A stretch of 64,000 nt of DNA from Candidatus Dojkabacteria bacterium (GTDB lineage Bacteria > Patescibacteriota > Dojkabacteria > SC72): NCBI GenBank assembly GCA_050943415.1, contig JBMNPD010000002.1, positions 5,036 through 69,035 on the forward strand, written 5' to 3'. Position 1 is the stretch's first letter. Each line of letters starts with the position of its first letter. This document shows positions 57,975-64,000 of the stretch, in pieces. The position numbers and the translations under genes were made by a program. Under the pieces are notes generated by a model, which was not told the DNA's origin, did not search any database, and saw only the letters and a list, made by a program, of their open reading frames with translations.

Positions 57975-60900
57975 TTATTTAGCCCACCAGAATGGTTGTT
58001 TCGTTCCATTGTTAAACCTTTTACCATGTCTCATAATTTGTTCCATTGTTGGACCATCAGAAGTATAGTCTAGTTGTACTTGTTGAATGATTGGAGATGT
58101 GTTGGTGTCTGTACTAGTGAGTACAGCTTTGTATTGGAAGAATCTGTAGCTATCTCCTAAGTTTATGGTTTCAGTAGATACAGTTGGTGTATATTCTTCT
58201 GTTGTTAGATTATCTATCCATATGTTTCTTCCTCCATATCCATTCTCTATTCGCATGGTTAGTAGGTTGGCTTGGTCTAGGTGTGTGTCTAGTGTTCTTC
58301 CTTTAATAGGGAGGTATTCTTTTTGCCACTTGAATACATTTGCTTTAGTAGTAAAGCCTCCTGTTGGAAAGGTTGAGATACTCTCCCACTCTTTTACTGT
58401 TATGGCTCCTGTATCTTTGTTTACACTTGTTACTATACCTTGGGCTATGTATTCACCTGTACTGTTTTGTTCTCTTACAATTATTTTTTCACCTGTGTAT
58501 ATATTACTTCCTTTATCTCTCATTCCTTTAGTTGTTCCATCTACTGTAAAGGAGGTATCTGTTGAATCAGATATGAGGTTAGAGTTATCTAACATAGCGC
58601 CAAACTCTATCTCAATGTTGTGTGTTCTTAGACCTACTTCATATGCTTGTCTAATTTCATCAGGAGTTCTTGCTATGTTAGAGATACGGACTTCATCGAT
58701 GAGGCCAGTGAAGGATTCTGTATTGCTACTTCCATATCTCCCTCCTATACGAAGGGGATCCGTAGTTACAGGAGATCCATATGCTGTTGTGTTTGAAGCT
58801 ACTAACACACCATTGATATATATTTTAAGCCCAGTAGAATCACCTGTGGCTACTGCGTGTGTCCATTGGTTAAGAGGAATAGTATTTGGAGAAGTAAGCA
58901 TGTTTGTAGCTCCTCTATCCAAAAGACGAATAGTTCCAGAAGTCTCGACTCTAAAACGGTATCCTGTATTATTTCCTTTGCTTATGAAGTTTGCTGATCT
59001 ATCAAAGTTACTAGGTTTTATCCATGCTTCTAAGGTAATAGCTGTAGGGTTTAAGCTAGTAGAATCTTTTATGGATATATATTCGTCATTTACAGCGTTA
59101 AAACTTCTTGCACCTCCTATTGATCCATCTGGTACATATATTGAACCTACTGGTATACCATCGTTACCGTATCCTGAACTATCTTTTATGAATGGACCAT
59201 TACCATCTATTTCATCTAAATACCAGAGACCTACTGTATTTGCATCTGGTTGATAGTTTGCATATGCACTTTTTCCTACTGTAGTAGATATATGTTCACC
59301 TACAGTATCACTAGCTATATATACAGGGAGAGATATTTTAGAAGAAAGATTTGTTGTTGGAAGAGTATGGTTTAGATGTATTAATTTAGGAGAGAAGTTT
59401 CTATCTATTCCTTGACCATATTCTGTTGATACTTCAGATGCGGTCAGAGCTCTGTTGTATACTTTTACCTCATCCAAGTAACCTTGATAATAGTATCGAT
59501 TAGACATAGTATCAGCTCCTAATCGAGTATTTGCAGTAGTAGAGACATAGCTGCCTGCATTTGTTGTAGATGTTTGTAACAAACCATTAACATATAGGTA
59601 TCTTCCTGAAGAATTTCTCACGACAGTTATATTCGTCCATGTATTTAATGGAGGAAGATATCCTGTATTCCACCTATTTGAACTTCCTCCAAAATCTAAT
59701 GTCAAAGAAGTTTTATTCAAAACAAACAATATTATTCCATTATTTACGGTAGTTCTACATGCAAATAAAGATATGTGTTGTTGATGAGTCCAAGAAGTAG
59801 GATATATCCACATCGATATGGTTATATTTTCTGAAAGAACATTGGGAGCTTGTATATAATCGCTAATACCATTAAAATTTCTTCCTTTCTCGATTCTTCC
59901 ATCAATTATTGTAGTACCTGTAGCTGTACCAGCGGTGTTGTTTATATAATCTCCTACAGATGTACCACTTACTTCATCCATGTCCCAATATGCAACTAAA
60001 CCTGTATTCTTTTTCTCAAAAGTTGTTTTTAATAACGAATATTCTTCCAATACTTCTTGAGGAGTAAGTACACGGTTATACATCTTTGCCTCATCTAGTT
60101 GTCCATTTAAATAATCAAAATTTCCTGCATTTGTTCCAAAATATGTATCTTTGTTTTCTCCTAATGCAAATGTTGAAGAAAATTCATTCTCAAGTACGCC
60201 GTCTACATATAACCTAGTTGTAGTTCCATCGTTAGTACCCGTAATTAAGTGCCAATTACCATCATTAACCGAAGTTTTACTCTCATCTACAGCTGAATTA
60301 TTTCCAGATCCATTATCAAAATCCATAAACACTTTACCTGTAGATGTGAATCTGTTTATGAAAAGGAGTAATCCTTGTGATTGAAACAACATAGCCTTTG
60401 ATGTAGTAGTAGTTTTCACCCAAATACTTGCACTCATAGAGGTCAGAGAAGAGAGATCTATTTGTGGAATTTGTACATAGTCACTACTCGTACCATTAAA
60501 TACCCTTGCACTATTTATACGCCCGTTAGGAGTAATTGTAGTACCAGTAGCAGTACCATCATTTGTACCTACAGAATCTGCTACAGTGTTCCCACTACTC
60601 TCATCGAATTTCCAATATGATATTAGCCCATCGTTTACAGTTGTTCTTATTCTATTTGACCTGTATGGTAATTCTTCAGCACCATTTATGTCAGACACTA
60701 TATTACTACTGTTATATGTTAGTGCATTTCTTTTATCTATACCTTCTAAATAGTCTAAAATAACTCTATCTTGTGTGAATACTTTGTTGTATATTTTAAC
60801 TTCGTCCATTTCTCCCTTATATAAAGCATCACTGCTTTTGTTACTTCTGCCTATGTAGTTACTTGTTCTAGTTACATTCGCTGGTAAATGTAAACTACCT

Positions 60901-63900
60901 TCTGTTAGTAATATTCCATCTCTATATATTTTTCCTGCACCTGAAGTGTCTATAGTGGCAGTATATAAATGCCATTCATTATTGATTATTCCATTTAGAG
61001 CAACTATTTGTTTTAGTTCTGTACCATTCCCTACTTCTAATCTCAAAGTGTCTGTTTCTCCCCATCTATCAAAAACAATATTACTATTATCTTGCTCTTC
61101 ACTTTCTGCAAGATTTACGAATCTTGTATTTATAGTAGATAGAGTCTCTTCTGCTGTATAGTTAGATAAAACCTCTTGAGCTGTTAATGCTCTGTTATAG
61201 ATACGAACTGTATCTAGAGTTCCATTAAGATAAGTGCCATTTCGGCATACATTCGTCGTAAGTTCGCGGTAACAACCAAAATACATGATACCAGTATTAG
61301 AAGTTAAAGCACTACCAAAACTTTTAGAAACCTTTTCTACTCCATTTAAATAGATCTTTACAATACCGTTCGACTTAGTTACTGCAATATGTTGCCACTT
61401 ATCTATTTCTAATCCAATATTATGATATCCGAAATCATCATAACTCCAGTAAGAACTATCTGCCCAACTGATAGTGTTATTAGATTTTATTAAAATGGAA
61501 TACTGCTGTCCCTTATGTACTACAGTATGGTTTTGTGAATTATTTAAATTTACCCAAAACTCTATTGATATGTCTCCAGTTATATTTGCTTTGTCTGAAT
61601 CTGCTAGACCTACAACATCATCTGATCCATCAAACATTAAAGCTCCCTGACCATTCTTCCTATTATCATATGTCCAACCACTACCTATAACTTTATCTTG
61701 ACCAGTAGTATCTGCAAAATCAGTTAAGGTTCCGTAACATTCAGTACTACAACTTCCTCCACTACTGGCAACTGTTCCACTAGTTTCGTTAAAATTCCAT
61801 TGTCCTACTAAACCTGTTGTACTGTAAGAAGCCTCTTCTACGGTAGGTTTAGCCCATAAATTGATGGTCATCCCAGTTGTGAAATCATTAAAACCTGATG
61901 GAAGAGTCACATAATCACTACTACCGTTAAAACTTCTCCCCTTGCCATACCTACCATCTACTATACTTGTTCCTGTAGCTGTCCCATTATTACCTGTTCC
62001 TGACACATCATTTACTGTAGTACCACTCTCTTCATCCATACTCCAATATCCTACTAATCCATCTTCTTCACTTTCATATAAACTTGTATTATCAAATGAT
62101 CTTAATGTACTCTTTGTAGTATTATCTTTCCATTCACTCCATGTACCATCATTAGGATTATTACTATTACCTCCTCTAATAGCATATTTAACAGCATTAG
62201 AATTATAATTAGATAATACTTCTGACGATGTTAAGGCTCTGTTGTAGATACGAACAGTATCTATTATTCCATTAAAAGCAATAGTACCGTCTTGTCTAGC
62301 TCCAATAGCAAGGTTGTATCCTGAAGCACCAATTGTACTGGTGATACTCTTTTCAAAAATTTTCTTATTATTAAGAAAAATATTCTCAACAGTACCATCA
62401 TAGGTTAAGACTGTGTGATACCACTTATTTATTTCTAAATTCTCTGTGGCACAATTCCAACCAATAGGGTTAAGAAATGCACATAATTGACCATTATATA
62501 TACTAATTCCATAAGAGCTATCCTTATCTAAAATATGGTTGTATCCACTCTTAGGAGGTGCAAGAAGCTTGAACCAAAGCTCTATAGCTCCCACCGTTAA
62601 ATTCAGATTAGAATTATGATTAACAACAACACGGTTACCTGTACCATTAAACATTAGAGCACCTTCTCCCCATCTCCTGTTATCATATGTCCAACCACTA
62701 CCTATTACTTTATCTTGACCACCAGTATCTGAAAAATTAGTTAATGTTCCATTACATGTACTACCACAACTACCTCCACTACTAGCTACTGTTCCACTTG
62801 TTTCATTAAAATTCCATTGAGCTACTAAACCTGTTGTACTGTAAGGAGTCTCTCCATCTCCTGTACTAACACCTGACACAGTAGAAGATATATCTACCTT
62901 AGATATACTCATCTCTGAATCTAGCACCCCAGATATATATTCACCTGAATGTTTACGTTTACCTTCATACATATATAATTTATATATTTCATCTGCACTT
63001 CTAGCTACATTGGATATCCTAATCTCATCTAGAGTACTGTTAAGATATTCACCTATACAAGTCGAGGGTTCACTATAACAACCAATATGCATAATGTTAG
63101 AAGTAGATGTTAAAGCACCACCAAAACTCTTAGAGACTTTCTCTACACTATTTAAATAAATTTTAACAACACCGTTTGATTTAGTTACTGCAATATGTTG
63201 CCACTTACCTATTTCTAATCCTATGTTATGATGTCCAAAATTATCATATGACCAATCAGAACTATCGGCCCAAGTAATTGTACTATTAGATAATATTTGA
63301 ATACTATACTGATGATCCTTATGTACAATATTTTGAGGACTAGTAGAAGGATTATGTTTTATCCAAAACTCTATTGATATATCATTCACGACATCTACTT
63401 TTGTAGAATCTTCTAAACGAATATAATCATTCTCCCCATCAAACTCATACGCTTTACCTATTCTTCCATCTGTACTAAGAGGCCATATATCTAATACATT
63501 CAATGCTGTAAAAAATGTAACCTCAGCTACAATAATATTATTTGCTGTAGGAGTAAAGTTCACCCATGTACTATTGTTATTATATTGCCAACTACCCCCA
63601 CTATATCTTACTGCTACAAAATGATCACCATTATTACCTTCCAAACCAGTTATACCTTGTCCAGAAAGAGACGGAGAATACATAATATATCCATTTCCTG
63701 TCTGACTATCTGTTACAGCAATACCATAGTTAATTGTTGGAGTATCAAGCCTAACACCATCTCGATTAATAATATGGCAATTAATATCGCCACCAGGACA
63801 TTCAATATCAATCTCTCCATTATTAGCTGCACCATTGTACCTATTAAGATAGAAAGTGAGATTAGAACTTTGTATACCGTAATTCATACCGTACAAAGTA

Positions 63901-64000
63901 GTAGTACCATGATTAGCATTGCTAGAAGAATCATTTACATTTTCGTCTAACTTCCAATATCCAACAGTATTCTCATCTATAATTGGTTTCTCTACACCCA
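57975..64000 (-). CDS. giant LamG/concanavalin-A-like lectin repeat surface protein (>2000 aa; 5' end lies beyond the window)
   Basis: At least 8 repeats of the Laminin_G_3-like unit (e.g. LVAQWNFNETSGTVA…, LISYWKFDESSGNTVADSVGTNDGTATG…GRINSARVFNG, LVAYWDMDEVSGTSVGD…, LVGYWSMDEESGTTVNDVSGTGNNGTATG…) each followed by LDEVRIYNRALT-type strands. The reading frame stays open upstream of the first Met to position 64000 (…GYWKLDENVNDSS…). Confidence 0.75.
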   Translation of the reverse strand, partial: GVEKPIIDENTVGYWKLDENVNDSSSNANHGTTTLYGMNYGIQSSNLTFYLNRYNGAANNGEIDIECPGGDINCHIINRDGVRLDTPTINYGIAVTDSQTGNGYIMYSPSLSGQGITGLEGNNGDHFVAVRYSGGSWQYNNNSTWVNFTPTANNIIVAEVTFFTALNVLDIWPLSTDGRIGKAYEFDGENDYIRLEDSTKVDVVNDISIEFWIKHNPSTSPQNIVHKDHQYSIQILSNSTITWADSSDWSYDNFGHHNIGLEIGKWQHIAVTKSNGVVKIYLNSVEKVSKSFGGALTSTSNIMHIGCYSEPSTCIGEYLNSTLDEIRISNVARSADEIYKLYMYEGKRKHSGEYISGVLDSEMSISKVDISSTVSGVSTGDGETPYSTTGLVAQWNFNETSGTVASSGGSCGSTCNGTLTNFSDTGGQDKVIGSGWTYDNRRWGEGALMFNGTGNRVVVNHNSNLNLTVGAIELWFKLLAPPKSGYNHILDKDSSYGISIYNGQLCAFLNPIGWNCATENLEINKWYHTVLTYDGTVENIFLNNKKIFEKSITSTIGASGYNLAIGARQDGTIAFNGIIDTVRIYNRALTSSEVLSNYNSNAVKYAIRGGNSNNPNDGTWSEWKDNTTKSTLRSFDNTSLYESEEDGLVGYWSMDEESGTTVNDVSGTGNNGTATGTSIVDGRYGKGRSFNGSSDYVTLPSGFNDFTTGMTINLWAKPTVEEASYSTTGLVGQWNFNETSGTVASSGGSCSTECYGTLTDFADTTGQDKVIGSGWTYDNRKNGQGALMFDGSDDVVGLADSDKANITGDISIEFWVNLNNSQNHTVVHKGQQYSILIKSNNTISWADSSYWSYDDFGYHNIGLEIDKWQHIAVTKSNGIVKIYLNGVEKVSKSFGSALTSNTGIMYFGCYRELTTNVCRNGTYLNGTLDTVRIYNRALTAQEVLSNYTAEETLSTINTRFVNLAESEEQDNSNIVFDRWGETDTLRLEVGNGTELKQIVALNGIINNEWHLYTATIDTSGAGKIYRDGILLTEGSLHLPANVTRTSNYIGRSNKSSDALYKGEMDEVKIYNKVFTQDRVILDYLEGIDKRNALTYNSSNIVSDINGAEELPYRSNRIRTTVNDGLISYWKFDESSGNTVADSVGTNDGTATGTTITPNGRINSARVFNGTSSDYVQIPQIDLSSLTSMSASIWVKTTTTSKAMLFQSQGLLLFINRFTSTGKVFMDFDNGSGNNSAVDESKTSVNDGNWHLITGTNDGTTTRLYVDGVLENEFSSTFALGENKDTYFGTNAGNFDYLNGQLDEAKMYNRVLTPQEVLEEYSLLKTTFEKKNTGLVAYWDMDEVSGTSVGDYINNTAGTATGTTIIDGRIEKGRNFNGISDYIQAPNVLSENITISMWIYPTSWTHQQHISLFACRTTVNNGIILFVLNKTSLTLDFGGSSNRWNTGYLPPLNTWTNITVVRNSSGRYLYVNGLLQTSTTNAGSYVSTTANTRLGADTMSNRYYYQGYLDEVKVYNRALTASEVSTEYGQGIDRNFSPKLIHLNHTLPTTNLSSKISLPVYIASDTVGEHISTTVGKSAYANYQPDANTVGLWYLDEIDGNGPFIKDSSGYGNDGIPVGSIYVPDGSIGGARSFNAVNDEYISIKDSTSLNPTAITLEAWIKPSNFDRSANFISKGNNTGYRFRVETSGTIRLLDRGATNMLTSPNTIPLNQWTHAVATGDSTGLKIYINGVLVASNTTAYGSPVTTDPLRIGGRYGSSNTESFTGLIDEVRISNIARTPDEIRQAYEVGLRTHNIEIEFGAMLDNSNLISDSTDTSFTVDGTTKGMRDKGSNIYTGEKIIVREQNSTGEYIAQGIVTSVNKDTGAITVKEWESISTFPTGGFTTKANVFKWQKEYLPIKGRTLDTHLDQANLLTMRIENGYGGRNIWIDNLTTEEYTPTVSTETINLGDSYRFFQYKAVLTSTDTNTSPIIQQVQLDYTSDGPTMEQIMRHGKRFNNGTKQPFWWAK

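Noticed and set aside
58165-59253. 362-aa plus-strand ORF antisense to the LamG giant protein, plus other antisense ORFs (60151..60384, 61942..62208, 63585..63950)
   Set aside because: They are embedded in a strongly supported minus-strand repeat protein. Their translations are low-complexity.
1-64000. rRNA genes, transposases, integrases and phage genes
   Set aside because: I found no sequence resembling 16S/23S/5S rRNA and no transposase or integrase ORF. The MITE-like elements have no associated transposase in this window.

Overview
The window is a low-GC (~33%) bacterial fragment with strict AT-rich codon usage, tightly packed and overlapping genes, and many strong extended -10 promoters of the form TGnTATAAT. 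The gene content is typical of a small-genome Patescibacteria/CPR-like organism: an archaeal-type ProRS, a form II/III-like RuBisCO, ComEC/ComEA, and a giant LamG-repeat surface protein. Assigning it to CPR is my inference, not something the sequence proves.

The first 30 kb is housekeeping. It carries tsf-rpsB, radC, topA, dprA, the mrdA-mreD-mreC-mreB cell-shape operon, rpmB, a murD-murC-murE ligase operon, a peroxiredoxin, an M50 protease, several tRNAs, and the classic rpmG-tRNA-Trp-secE-nusG-rplK-rplA-rplJ-rplL cluster. That cluster ends at a rho-independent terminator instead of running on into rpoBC.

From about 30 to 41.5 kb lies an accessory island, and this is the most interesting part. 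It starts with an XRE-type membrane regulator and a tandemly duplicated ~0.8 kb cassette carrying two divergent small paralogous genes, each with its own promoter. The core is a co-directional operon of a small 7TM membrane protein, an alpha-L-glutamate-ligase-like ATP-grasp enzyme fused to a retropepsin-like (DTG) domain, and two cyanophycin-synthetase-like ATP-grasp ligases. Next comes an array of small membrane-protein genes, each with its own promoter and terminator and with conserved non-coding modules between them. The island ends with a fourth RimK-like ATP-grasp gene abutting, tail to tail, a DUF1704/QEGLA (MATCAP-like) metallocarboxypeptidase gene, next to an orphan second mreB paralog. 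I read this as an uncharacterised amino-acid ligase/de-ligase peptide- or protein-tagging system.

The last 20 kb holds trpS, a PEGA-domain protein, uvrA, proS, the RuBisCO-like gene, tRNA-Pro, argS, and tRNA-Arg genes interleaved with two copies of a ~300 bp nested-inverted-repeat (MITE-like) element. It then carries a ComEC locus split into three overlapping ORFs, comEA, a cyclophilin, and a LamG-repeat giant protein of more than 2000 aa that runs off the window edge.

Other notable points are an apparent frameshift in rpmG, a GC-rich candidate structured ncRNA at about 20.35-20.50 kb, and an S2 protein carrying an RpoA-alpha-CTD-like HhH tail.
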